64,000 nucleotides of DNA from an uncultured Candidatus Actinomarinales bacterium. GTDB taxonomy: Bacteria > Actinomycetota > Acidimicrobiia > Actinomarinales > Actinomarinaceae. The stretch is from positions 32,650 through 96,649 of the forward strand of contig CALSSQ010000001.1 in assembly GCA_943789065.1 (NCBI GenBank). Direction: 5' to 3'. Position 1 is the stretch's first letter, and each line of letters begins with the position of its first letter. Positions 50,659 to 60,235 of the stretch are shown here, in pieces. The notes under the pieces are model-generated. The model did not search any database. It saw nothing but the letters and a program-made list of their open reading frames with translations, and was not told where the DNA came from. The translations under genes and the position numbers were made by a program.

Positions 50659-51251
50659 AATACCCATACAAACCTTTTTTACTCTTGCTCATAGTTTTTT
50701 GTTCATCTAATAATGTAGTTGAATATGAAATAGAGATTTCAGAAAAATACACAGATGTAGATATTATTGAACATATTGACACAAATCTTGTGTACACAAT
50801 TGAAGAATCACGTGAAGAGGTAATTCTTCAAGTACAGAGTTTCCCAGTAAATCCAGATCTCATCAACAGTTACTCGCTGGTATTTGATTTAAAGTTTAGA
50901 GAAGATTATGAATCCGACATAGGCAGTATTTGTGTTGGTCCGGTCTGGGATAATTTCGGGCCTGGTGAGGTTACTCTTAACCTCCTTAAAAGTAATAACT
51001 TCATAGATTCTGTATCGGGCAAAGTTAACGAGGAAAGCAGTGATGAGTGTAACAATTTTTATTACTATCTAAGATTTCTTACTGTAAACCTAGAGGACGA
51101 TGAAAAAATTCAAATTGGTGTAGCAACTGATTATGCCAAAAATTTCCCTGATGCGCCTTATGTCTGGTATGTTAACAAAAATAATCAAATTGAAGTGCTT
51201 GGTACTACTAAAATAGAAAAATATAGCTTAAATTTTGAACTGAGTAAATAA
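50655..51251 (+). CDS. Putative lipoprotein of unknown function
   Basis: TTG start overlapping the upstream stop; signal peptide ending IVFCSS. Confidence 0.6.
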   Translation: MKYPYKPFLLLLIVFCSSNNVVEYEIEISEKYTDVDIIEHIDTNLVYTIEESREEVILQVQSFPVNPDLINSYSLVFDLKFREDYESDIGSICVGPVWDNFGPGEVTLNLLKSNNFIDSVSGKVNEESSDECNNFYYYLRFLTVNLEDDEKIQIGVATDYAKNFPDAPYVWYVNKNNQIEVLGTTKIEKYSLNFELSK

Positions 51252-51252
51252 C

Positions 51253-52146
51253 ATGAAAATCGGAGTTGACTGGGGCGGCACAAAAATAGAGGCAGTGCTG
51301 ATTAATGCCCACGATAAATCTGAGGTTAACAGAATAAGAATAGATTCTCCTCAAGGTGATTATGAAGACATTATTCGAAGTATTGTCAGTTTGATAAATG
51401 AAATATCATCACCAGTCGAAAATTTTACTGTTGGGATAGGCATGCCTGGTTCTCTTCATCCTGAGACAGGATTAGTTCAGGTTTCAAACACAAAAGTTTT
51501 AGAAAACAAACCTGTAAAAAGTGATTTGGAAGCTGCTTTGGGGTATGAGGTTAAAATTGCTAATGATGCAGATTGCCTCGCTCTTTCAGAAGCTATAGAT
51601 GGAGCAGGGAAAGATTATAAAAGTGTCTTCGCTGTTATTTTGGGAACAGGTGTTGGCGCAGGGTATGTAGTAGATAAAAAATTAATTGAAGGCCCCAATA
51701 AACTTACAGGAGAATGGGGACAAAACCCAATTCCTGGTCCAATGGATAAATATGAGAGCAGTGTTAAGAGACATTGTGGAAGAGTTGGAGCAATTGAGGT
51801 TTTCATTTCCGGTCCAGGATTAGAACAGTATTATGAATTTCTGAGTAACAACAAATTGTCTTCTAGAGAGATTGTAACTTTATATAGGGAACAAGATGAA
51901 ACGGCTCTAATTGTAATGAATGATTACTTTGAAAGAGTTGCTAGGAGCTTCAGCTCATTTATTAATATTTTAGATCCTGAAATAATCATTTGTGGAGGTG
52001 GCATGTCAGACATAGATGAACTTTATGAAGAAGTTCCAAAAAGAATCATTCCTTATTTGGCTTCAAACTTTTTTCTTACCCCTATAGTAAAAGCCATACA
52101 TGGGAACAGCAGTGGAGTTAGAGGTGCAGCTTTTTTATGGGATTAA
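51253..52146 (+). CDS. ROK-family sugar kinase (Mak/fructokinase-like)
   Basis: IGVDWGGTK, ANDADC, ILGTGVGAG, GEWG, HCG, SSGVRGAA. Confidence 0.88.
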   Translation: MKIGVDWGGTKIEAVLINAHDKSEVNRIRIDSPQGDYEDIIRSIVSLINEISSPVENFTVGIGMPGSLHPETGLVQVSNTKVLENKPVKSDLEAALGYEVKIANDADCLALSEAIDGAGKDYKSVFAVILGTGVGAGYVVDKKLIEGPNKLTGEWGQNPIPGPMDKYESSVKRHCGRVGAIEVFISGPGLEQYYEFLSNNKLSSREIVTLYREQDETALIVMNDYFERVARSFSSFINILDPEIIICGGGMSDIDELYEEVPKRIIPYLASNFFLTPIVKAIHGNSSGVRGAAFLWD

Positions 52147-53402
52147 GTAAAAATAGTATATTCGCTTTAATATTTCTATCTACAACAATGGTCTTCTCAT
52201 TTATTGGATATAAGCCTATTGATGTTGTCATAGGTGGGCCAAATTTTCCCCAGATAGACTACTTCCAAGAGGAGATAGATTTACTTTCAGACGAATTGGG
52301 AATCACAATACAATATCAGGCTTTTAGCGATATAGAAACTCACCTTATTGAGAATCCAAATCATGATTTAGATATAGCCATAATCCCCAATCCGCAAGGT
52401 GTTGTAAATTTAGGCCAACGAGGGCTAGCTGTCCCTATCAATGAATTTCTAGATAATGAATTTATTACTACGAATTTCTCTCAACACTTAATAGACATAA
52501 CCACTTCTAAAGTAGACAATCACAATTATGGAGCATGGTTCAGAGTTATTCCAAATTCATTAATTTGGTATGACACTACTAAATACAAAAATCTCGGCAG
52601 TCCAGTTTTCAATAGTTATGAAGAAATGGTTGAATTTACTCAACTGAATTCAGAAAAGGACAAACCTTTATGGTGTATGGACATTGAAAGTGGAGCTTCA
52701 ACAGGTTGGATTGCTACCAATTGGTTAGAGGACACCCTTTTACACAAGTACGGACCAATATTATATGATGAGTGGTTCCTCCAAGAGAAGTTTTCTAGCT
52801 CACCCGAGGTAACATTATCAATTTTAGATATTGGAAAATTAATTTTTATTGAAGATGCGGTTTATGGTGGCCATAAAAGAATGGTTAGAAAAGAGTTCAG
52901 AAATAATTATCGTAATTTATTAGATGAAGATATTTCATGTACTTTTAGTTGGTCAGGGCATTTTGCAAGTTACTATTTTCCAGAGGATGCAGAGTACGGT
53001 AGTGATTATGATTTTTTCAAATTTCCCTCTTTAGAGTACAAGAATGCAATGGTAGGTATTGGAGATGTAGTTATAGGGCTTAACAGCAGCACCAACACAG
53101 CCAATGTTATTCAGCAACTTGTGTCGACAGACTTTGGAGGTACATGGCTTGCTAAAAATGACTCCCAGTACATCTCTGCAAACATGAATTCATCTACAGA
53201 TTTACTTACCAACCCCATGACAATTAAAGAAACAGAATTAATTACAACAGCACTTAGAGAAAATCTTTTTAGATATGATGCATCTGAATTAATGGAAAGA
53301 AGAATAGGCTCTGATAGCTTATGGTATGCGTTAATGAAATATATTGAACTAAAGAGTTTATATATAGACGAAGTAACAGAAGAACTTGACGCTAGTTATT
53401 AA
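52137..53402 (+). CDS. Second, divergent AglE-like substrate-binding protein (no lipobox)
   Basis: PNPQG, SLIWY, SGASTGWIATNWLED, FRYDASELM motifs shared with 47155..48453. Confidence 0.75.
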   Translation: MGLSKNSIFALIFLSTTMVFSFIGYKPIDVVIGGPNFPQIDYFQEEIDLLSDELGITIQYQAFSDIETHLIENPNHDLDIAIIPNPQGVVNLGQRGLAVPINEFLDNEFITTNFSQHLIDITTSKVDNHNYGAWFRVIPNSLIWYDTTKYKNLGSPVFNSYEEMVEFTQLNSEKDKPLWCMDIESGASTGWIATNWLEDTLLHKYGPILYDEWFLQEKFSSSPEVTLSILDIGKLIFIEDAVYGGHKRMVRKEFRNNYRNLLDEDISCTFSWSGHFASYYFPEDAEYGSDYDFFKFPSLEYKNAMVGIGDVVIGLNSSTNTANVIQQLVSTDFGGTWLAKNDSQYISANMNSSTDLLTNPMTIKETELITTALRENLFRYDASELMERRIGSDSLWYALMKYIELKSLYIDEVTEELDASY

Positions 53403-54599
53403 TTAGAGCGCATTACCCGATTCGGGATCAAAAAAGTGCAATTTAGATGGATCTATTGAGAGATTAATCTCTTCACCCTCTTTAACAGTAGAGTTAGGAT
53501 TTATTCTTGCAATAAATTTAGTTTCATCCCCCAAGACACTTATATCCTCCCCTTCATCAGCAAGAATTTCCTCAATTGCTTCAGTTTGAACAGGTTTTAT
53601 ATCCTTATAAAAGTGAATGTAAGAGTCTGAACCTAGCTGCTCTAACAAAGTAACTTTGATACTAATTGACTCCGTATACTCGCTATCTTTTGCATAGACT
53701 GAATCCTCAAAAGCCTCTGGTCTTATCCCTAAAACTATTTGCTTTCCATCTACGTTTTTAAGTTTATTAACAGCATCTCCAGAACATTTAATTGTTTCAT
53801 TCTCAAAAGATAATTCCACAGCATTTCCAGAAACTTTTACATCTGCATATACAAAGTTCATTGAGGGGCTACCAATAAAACCAGCAACAAATATATTTTT
53901 TGGATATAAATATATTTCTCGAGGAGTATCTATTTGTTGCAGTTCCCCTTTTCTAATAACTGCAACTCTATCACCCATTGTCATCGCTTCCACTTGATCA
54001 TGGGTTACATAAAGAGTTGTTGTTTCAAGCTGAGTATGTAGTTGTCCTAATTCTGCTCTCATTTGAACTCTCAATTTGGCATCGAGATTAGAGAGAGGTT
54101 CATCCATTAAGAACGCTTGGGGACTTCTAACTATTGCCCTACCCATAGCTACACGCTGTCTTTGTCCACCAGATAAAGCCTTTGGTTTCCTTTCAAGAAG
54201 TTCACTAATTTCCAGAGTACGAGCTGCATCCTTAACTTTTTTATCTATTTCTTCTTTCGAAAGTTTTCTCAGTTTAAGAGAAAAAGCCATATTGTCATAA
54301 ACAGACATATGGGGGTACAAAGCATAATTTTGAAAAACCATGGCGATATCACGATCTTTTGGAGCAACTTCATTGACTACTTTTTCACCAATAAAAATTT
54401 CTCCTTCTGTAATGTCTTCCAATCCCGCAACCATGCGAAGTAAGGTTGTTTTACCACAACCTGAAGGGCCTACAAGGACAACGAATTCTCCATCATTAAT
54501 CTCTATATTTACATCTCCAAGAGCACGCGTGCCATTAGGATAGATTTTTCCAACATCTGTAATTTTTATTGCGCCCATAACTGTACTTATTTTAGACAT
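53403..54599 (-). CDS. msiK: Sugar ABC ATPase MsiK/UgpC-like (start possibly 54578)
   Basis: GPSGCGKT, FQNYALYPHM, LSGGQRQR, MDEPLSNLDA, TOBE tail. Confidence 0.88.
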   Translation of the reverse strand: MSKISTVMGAIKITDVGKIYPNGTRALGDVNIEINDGEFVVLVGPSGCGKTTLLRMVAGLEDITEGEIFIGEKVVNEVAPKDRDIAMVFQNYALYPHMSVYDNMAFSLKLRKLSKEEIDKKVKDAARTLEISELLERKPKALSGGQRQRVAMGRAIVRSPQAFLMDEPLSNLDAKLRVQMRAELGQLHTQLETTTLYVTHDQVEAMTMGDRVAVIRKGELQQIDTPREIYLYPKNIFVAGFIGSPSMNFVYADVKVSGNAVELSFENETIKCSGDAVNKLKNVDGKQIVLGIRPEAFEDSVYAKDSEYTESISIKVTLLEQLGSDSYIHFYKDIKPVQTEAIEEILADEGEDISVLGDETKFIARINPNSTVKEGEEINLSIDPSKLHFFDPESGNAL

Positions 54600-54642
54600 A
54601 AACTAATTTTTTTAAAAATCATTTCACACTTATACTTGATTA

Positions 54643-56112
54643 ATGAATCTCGTACCTGATAACAGAATTACTGCATTAAAAGATATTGAGCCAGATATTG
54701 ATAAAGAATTCGTTCTTTATTGGGTAATAAATTTTAAAAGAACATCGTATAACTTTGCCCTTCAACGTGCTGTCGAATGGGCAAATAAACTTAATAAACC
54801 ACTACTGATTTTCGATCCATTAATTCTTGATTATCCAATGTCCAGCGTAAGGTTCCATAAATTCTTTCTTGAGGGTATGAAAGATATTGATGAAGATATT
54901 TCAAAAACTAAAGCTTTTTACTACCCATACGCAGAGGAAACACCAAATGCAAGTGAAGATCTCCTTACGATACTATTTTCAAAAGCTGCCGTAGTAGTCA
55001 CTGATGATTACCCAACCTATTTTGTTCCTCAAATGACTGCAAAAGCAAAAGGAGTTATTAACACACGCTATGAAATTATCGATGCCAATGGACTAATTCC
55101 AATTCGTATTGCAGAAAAAGAGTATGTAAGGGCTCATGACTTTCGCAGATACATGCATAAAAATCTATTAGATTTTCTTGTGGATGTTCCTGAAGAAAAT
55201 CCTCTTAACAAATTAGAGGTGGAATTTGATGATAAGTTAATCAAAGATATAGATAGTAAGTGGAATAAAATAAATTTCGAAACATTCAATCAAGAAGACT
55301 TTTTAAACAATTTAAATATCGATAAAACTGTCAAAGAGAGCCCCATTATTGGAGGCTATAAAAAAGCAAAAGAGCGTTTAGATTACTTTTTAGAAAATGG
55401 GTACAACGATTACGCAACATTAAGAAGTCATCCATCTGAAGATGCAAGTAGTCAACTATCACCATATTTACACGCTGGCCATATTTCGCCATATGAAATT
55501 TTTGTCAAAGTTAATGAACTCGAATCCTGGTCTATGGAAAATGTTAACCCTGCTTTTGTTGGGAGAAGGCAAGGTTGGTGGGGCGGATCAGAGAATTTAG
55601 AAAGTTTCTTTGACGAGCTTATTACGTGGAGAGAACTTGGATATCATACTTGCGTTACGCGAGCCAATTATGACCAGTATTCCTCACTTCCAGAATGGGC
55701 AATTAAAACTCTAGAGGAACATGCGAATGATCCCAGAGAGTATGTTTATTCACTACAACAATTAGTCAATTCTGAAACACATGATGAAATATGGAATGCA
55801 GCTCAAACACAATTAAGAGAAGAGGGTATTATTCATAATTATTTAAGAATGCTCTGGGCAAAAAAAATATTAGAGTGGGCACCAAATCCTAAATTAGCTT
55901 TGTCGTATATGATTGATTTAAATGATAGATTTGCTTTAGATGGTAGAGATCCAAATTCATACTCAGGGGTATTCTGGTCACTAGGCAGGTACGATAGAGC
56001 GTGGGGGCCAGAAAGAAAAATTTATGGAAAAATTCGTTATATGACCTCTGAAAATACTGCTAAGAAATTTAAACTTGGCGGTTATCTTGAAAAATACGGC
56101 TCCAAAATATAG
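54643..56112 (+). CDS. phrB: Deoxyribodipyrimidine photolyase, class II type
   Basis: SQLSPYLHAG, HNYLRMLWAKK, DGRDPNSYSG, DRAWGPERKIYGKIRYM. Confidence 0.9.
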   Translation: MNLVPDNRITALKDIEPDIDKEFVLYWVINFKRTSYNFALQRAVEWANKLNKPLLIFDPLILDYPMSSVRFHKFFLEGMKDIDEDISKTKAFYYPYAEETPNASEDLLTILFSKAAVVVTDDYPTYFVPQMTAKAKGVINTRYEIIDANGLIPIRIAEKEYVRAHDFRRYMHKNLLDFLVDVPEENPLNKLEVEFDDKLIKDIDSKWNKINFETFNQEDFLNNLNIDKTVKESPIIGGYKKAKERLDYFLENGYNDYATLRSHPSEDASSQLSPYLHAGHISPYEIFVKVNELESWSMENVNPAFVGRRQGWWGGSENLESFFDELITWRELGYHTCVTRANYDQYSSLPEWAIKTLEEHANDPREYVYSLQQLVNSETHDEIWNAAQTQLREEGIIHNYLRMLWAKKILEWAPNPKLALSYMIDLNDRFALDGRDPNSYSGVFWSLGRYDRAWGPERKIYGKIRYMTSENTAKKFKLGGYLEKYGSKI

Positions 56113-56143
56113 ATAACCTGCAAAGTTAAAAATACCCAAAATC

Positions 56144-56173
56144 ATGTGAATTATTTCACAAGCGTGCTATATT
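56144..56173 (+). promoter_or_regulatory. Rex-like operator plus extended -10 of the rhodopsin promoter
   Basis: ATGTGAA-TTAT-TTCACAA versus Rex consensus TTGTGAA-N4-TTCACAA, then GCG-TGC-TATATT. Confidence 0.6.
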
Positions 56174-56218
56174 GTGATTATAAGATATTTAAAAGCTATA
56201 TAAAGGAGACGCTTAAAA

Positions 56219-56884
56219 ATGGCCGAACTTACATACAGACTTTTTATGGTGGCAACTGCAGGTATGCTTGCAGGAACAGTATATTTACTGATGTCATCAA
56301 GAGAAGTTGATCCGAAATTCAGAAGAGGTGTATATATCTCAGCATTAGTGACTGGAATTGCATGGTATCACTACCAAAAAATGACAGTATCTTTTGCATC
56401 AGGAGACTTTGACACACCTTTGCGATATGTTGATTGGGTACTAACCGTTCCATTAATGTTCGTAGAAGTTCTTGCAGTAACATCTAAAGGTGCAGAGTAT
56501 GCCCAAAAAGTCAGAACTATGGGTGCAGCTGCACTTGTAATGATTGGTGGAGGATATTACGGAGAAGTATCAGCAGAAGCTGGAGATGCACAATACTGGA
56601 CTGGTTTTGTAGTATCAATGGTTGCTTATGCATTTCTAATGAGAGCACTACAAGCTGAAGGTACATCACTAACAGGTGATGCAGGTGAAGCATTCCAAAA
56701 AATCAAGAATCTTATTCTTATTGGTTGGATAATCTATCCATTAGGATTCTTAGCACCAGCAGTGAGTCCAGACTTAATGGACTTGAGAGAGCTTCTATAC
56801 ACAGTTGCTGACATTATTAACAAAGTCGGTCTTGGTGTATTAGTTCTTAATATGGCAAAAGTTCAATCAGGAGAAAAAGTCTAA
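56219..56884 (+). CDS. Marine actinobacterial-clade rhodopsin (proton pump, DTE motif)
   Basis: 221 aa with seven hydrophobic helices; RYVDWVLTVPLMFVE (D-T-E, Met at the tuning site), His in WYHY, Schiff-base Lys in DIINKVG; SD AAGGAG. Confidence 0.92.
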   Translation: MAELTYRLFMVATAGMLAGTVYLLMSSREVDPKFRRGVYISALVTGIAWYHYQKMTVSFASGDFDTPLRYVDWVLTVPLMFVEVLAVTSKGAEYAQKVRTMGAAALVMIGGGYYGEVSAEAGDAQYWTGFVVSMVAYAFLMRALQAEGTSLTGDAGEAFQKIKNLILIGWIIYPLGFLAPAVSPDLMDLRELLYTVADIINKVGLGVLVLNMAKVQSGEKV

Positions 56885-56906
56885 CTTTAACTCTTATTAA
56901 ATTTAT

Positions 56907-56938
56907 AGATAGGCGGCAATGTCCGCCTATCTTTTTTT
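56907..56938 (+). terminator. Intrinsic terminator after the rhodopsin gene
   Basis: AGATAGGCGG-CAATGT-CCGCCTATCT followed by a T run. Confidence 0.9.
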
Positions 56939-56950
56939 ATAGGTACAATT

Positions 56951-57475
56951 ATGGTCATGGATAAAATTATTTTTTTCAATACTCTCTTTGGGTTTTTTAC
57001 AGTCACTGCATGGATAATCTCGACAGGCATTCTATACCTATATATAACGAAAAAAACTTTTAATAAATTTATTACTGATCAGTTTTTATACTTCGCAACA
57101 AGTGTCGCTACTTTCTCTGCCGTTGGAAGTATTATTTACTCTGAAGTTGTTGGATTTATCCCATGTAAATTCTGCTGGTACCAACGTTATTTAATGTATC
57201 CAATAGCATTAATACTTATTCTTTCACTTTTTAAAAAGGATTTATACAAATTTGGCTTTATTAGTTTAGGTGGCCTCTTTGTTAGTTTATACCATATTTA
57301 TCTTCAAAATGGTGGTGGCGGTGGAGGGTCTTGCGCAGTAGACATTCCATGTAATCTCAAATATGTAGACATATTGGGTTTTATTAGTATTCCAGTAATG
57401 GGTGCTACTGGGTTTTTAACGATATTTATATCTTTATTGTATTATGACTATGCAAGGAGACAAAACATTGAATAA
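56951..57475 (+). CDS. dsbB: Disulfide bond formation protein DsbB/BdbC-like
   Basis: SEVVGFIPCKFCWYQRYLMYP, second Cys pair SCAVDIPC, ISIP. Confidence 0.85.
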   Translation: MVMDKIIFFNTLFGFFTVTAWIISTGILYLYITKKTFNKFITDQFLYFATSVATFSAVGSIIYSEVVGFIPCKFCWYQRYLMYPIALILILSLFKKDLYKFGFISLGGLFVSLYHIYLQNGGGGGGSCAVDIPCNLKYVDILGFISIPVMGATGFLTIFISLLYYDYARRQNIE

Positions 57476-58076
57476 AAATTTCTTAATAGCCGCAGGTGTT
57501 CTCTTAGTGATTGGCTTTGCTGTCGCAGTAGGGGTTACTTTAAGTACTGAACCTTTAACTGCTGGTCTTCCAGAAGGAGAGACCACTGTTACAGGAGATC
57601 CGCTACCAACTTATGCTGGTGAAAATGATGATAATGTTGCAATTGGGCTTTCAGCTCCAACGTTTTCTGGACCAAATGAAAATTCTGAAATAATCGCACT
57701 TGAAAAAAATGGTAATGCTAAAGCTATACTTTTTCTTGCTCATTGGTGTAATTACTGCCAAGCAGAAGTTCCATCTGTACAAGAATGGATTGATACTATA
57801 GGAGTTCCAGAGGGTATAGATATAATTGCAGTTGCCACTTCAATTGACAGATCAAGAGGTAATTATCCTCCTCACGATTGGCTAGAAAGAGAAGGCTGGA
57901 GTGAAACTCAGATATATGATCTAGATAAAAAAATTGGAGATGCATATGGTCTTACATCATTTCCATACTGGGTATTTCTTGATAATGAATTAAATGTTAA
58001 GGCACGAAGAACTGGTAGCTTACCACAAGACGCAGTTGGTCAACTTTTAGTTCAGCTAGCTTTAGAAAGCAGATAA
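57468..58076 (+). CDS. Membrane-anchored TlpA/ResA-like thioredoxin
   Basis: SD AAGGAG before TTG at 57468; N-terminal TM helix, AHWCNYC, cis-Pro SFP. Confidence 0.85.
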   Translation: MNKNFLIAAGVLLVIGFAVAVGVTLSTEPLTAGLPEGETTVTGDPLPTYAGENDDNVAIGLSAPTFSGPNENSEIIALEKNGNAKAILFLAHWCNYCQAEVPSVQEWIDTIGVPEGIDIIAVATSIDRSRGNYPPHDWLEREGWSETQIYDLDKKIGDAYGLTSFPYWVFLDNELNVKARRTGSLPQDAVGQLLVQLALESR

Positions 58077-58082
58077 AAGCAT

Positions 58083-58727
58083 CTAGCTTTTTTTCAGTAC
58101 AGATAAATATACAAAACCAAATATTCCCATTCTCTCGAGGGTGTAGCTATTGAATCCAGATTCTTTAAGAAATGATTCAGGAGCTTCTAGTTTGTCTAAA
58201 GACGTGTAAAGAAATCTATATTGTTTAAAGCTGAATGTTACGATACCAATCAAATGTAACGTTATGAATGTGCCCAACTTATGCAATCTTTTGGTGAACA
58301 TATTTAATGGCCTCGTCATATCAAGCAACACAAAGTTACCGTCATCTTTAAGAACTCTTTTTATTTCTTTAAAAGCTTTATCAGTATCTGAGACATTTCT
58401 CCAGACGAATGCACAGTAGATATTATCAAAAGATTTATCGTCGAAAGGTAAGGCCTCTGCAGAGCCTAAAATCTTATTAGAAAAATTATTTAAAGACAAC
58501 ATTCTTTCATCAGGATCTAATGCCGTCACTTCATAGCCAATAAGTTGTTTTTCAGCCGCACCAGTACCACTACCAAGGTCTAAAACAGTTGAACCAGTAA
58601 GTTGCTGAGACGCTTTTTCTCTCCAGGATTTATCAAACCCAAGTGTGAGTAGAGAGTTTATGCCATCATAGAATCTGTATATTTTTGAGAAATTAGCAGA
58701 CTTAGGCAATCTAGAGTATGTAGGCAA
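58083..58727 (-). CDS. menG: Demethylmenaquinone methyltransferase MenG/UbiE
   Basis: YDGINSLLTLGFDKSWR, LDLGSGTG, AEALPFDD, RNVSD..EIKRVLK; downstream of menA. Confidence 0.8.
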   Translation of the reverse strand: MPTYSRLPKSANFSKIYRFYDGINSLLTLGFDKSWREKASQQLTGSTVLDLGSGTGAAEKQLIGYEVTALDPDERMLSLNNFSNKILGSAEALPFDDKSFDNIYCAFVWRNVSDTDKAFKEIKRVLKDDGNFVLLDMTRPLNMFTKRLHKLGTFITLHLIGIVTFSFKQYRFLYTSLDKLEAPESFLKESGFNSYTLERMGIFGFVYLSVLKKS

Positions 58728-60228
58728 CAGAAAGTAAAATTCCTGTTAAAAAATGAATACCTATTGTTGATACATTGACAAGTAAGAGCTCATAAGGAAC
58801 TTTTTGTCTATCAGCATCAGGATTATTCCATTTAATCATCCACTCATCAGCCATTTTAAAGGCTTTCCAAACGAGTAAGACAGGTAGTAGTGCTGCGAAA
58901 GCGTACACTGTTCCGAATTCTGTAAACATACCCAAGAAACCAATAGCTGCAACAGATAAAAATGCTTCAACCATGAATTGCTTATAAAGAGAAAGTGGTT
59001 TTTCCATTCTCATCCAGCCATCATCTACTGCTGTTCTTACAACCCATGTGTTTTTACCTACTGCTGCATCTGAGGGTGCATCTTGAAATTGATTAATCCA
59101 GACAATAAGCATAACCAATATTCCAATTGGTACTGAGGCAATTAGTGCTTCCACCCAGTTCCATTGATTTATATCATTATTATGGATTGGAGCGGTCAGT
59201 ACATAGTGTGCACCCATGACCATAATCGGACCAAATCCAAGTGCGATAGCTATCTCTCCAAATCCTTTGTATCCAAGTCTTACAGGATCACCTGTATAGC
59301 CCAGAGCTAAGAACGTACCAATTATTCCAGTCCAGAGTATTGGAGTATTACCGAAAAAACTTCCACTTACTTGCTCATTTAGATATAAGCCAATTCCTAC
59401 GGTACCGATTATGCTCACTAGGGCTGTAATGAGTACTTGACCTGGTGTCATTAAGCCAACTTGAATAACTCTACTTCCACCATTAAAAGGACTAGCTACT
59501 TTGTTAATTTCATCAGCATTTGATGTATGGTCAAAAAAGTCGTTTGAGGCATTAGTTGCAATCTGAGCTAAAGATGCACCACCGAGAACCAACCAGAACA
59601 TTTTCCATGACCAGTTCTCGGCAATACCATTATCTTTGAGATCGCTCCATGCCACAGCTGCACCAATAAATATTGGAGCAAATGTAGCCGTTAGAAAGGG
59701 GGCTCTAACTGTTCTCAACCACAAACCAATTCTTTTTAACCCAAGTTTGAATGCCATTTTTAATGCGGAAGTTTTGTTTCCAGGAATAGTTTTCCATTGA
59801 AATTGTTCTTCCTCAAAAAAGTTCACATATTTAATAGTCGTAGGTTTTACCCTGTAGTATCCAACGACATCGTTATTAATTAAAAATTCATCTTCCATAT
59901 ATTCTTTGAATGCTTCAGTTGTATTTAATACAAGCTCATAAGCTTTCTTTTTTTCATCTTCATCTTTTATTTTGTAGCACTCACCATCAATTTGTAGACC
60001 TTCAATGCCTTCTTGACCTTTTGGCCAGATAACAACGTGTACTCTTGGATTTAAACGAATCTGTTCGGCTTTTCTTGTTGGATTAAATGTGAAGAATACT
60101 AAGTCTTCACCATCTCTACTGAAGAAGACAGATGCACCCGAGGAGTTACCGCCAACACTTGTTGCAATAAACATTCTGTCAGCAGAATCTAATACGTTTT
60201 CTATTTTGTTATCTAACAGTTCATTCAT
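58711..60228 (-). CDS. menA: Fusion: pyridoxamine-oxidase-like split barrel plus MenA (UbiA-family prenyltransferase); start moved to 60228
   Basis: N-terminal MFIATS, TRKAEQIRLNPRV, GLQIDG; C-terminal RAPFLTAT, NDFFD, GGSRVIQ, YKGFGE, NQFQD..SD..VGKNT. Confidence 0.8.
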   Translation of the reverse strand: MNELLDNKIENVLDSADRMFIATSVGGNSSGASVFFSRDGEDLVFFTFNPTRKAEQIRLNPRVHVVIWPKGQEGIEGLQIDGECYKIKDEDEKKKAYELVLNTTEAFKEYMEDEFLINNDVVGYYRVKPTTIKYVNFFEEEQFQWKTIPGNKTSALKMAFKLGLKRIGLWLRTVRAPFLTATFAPIFIGAAVAWSDLKDNGIAENWSWKMFWLVLGGASLAQIATNASNDFFDHTSNADEINKVASPFNGGSRVIQVGLMTPGQVLITALVSIIGTVGIGLYLNEQVSGSFFGNTPILWTGIIGTFLALGYTGDPVRLGYKGFGEIAIALGFGPIMVMGAHYVLTAPIHNNDINQWNWVEALIASVPIGILVMLIVWINQFQDAPSDAAVGKNTWVVRTAVDDGWMRMEKPLSLYKQFMVEAFLSVAAIGFLGMFTEFGTVYAFAALLPVLLVWKAFKMADEWMIKWNNPDADRQKVPYELLLVNVSTIGIHFLTGILLSVAYIL

Positions 60229-60235
60229 ACCTAAT

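Noticed and set aside
54620-54630. TTCACA half-site before the photolyase (similar half-sites near 248 and 35415) as additional Rex boxes
   Set aside because: Only half of the palindrome is present, which is expected by chance in AT-rich DNA
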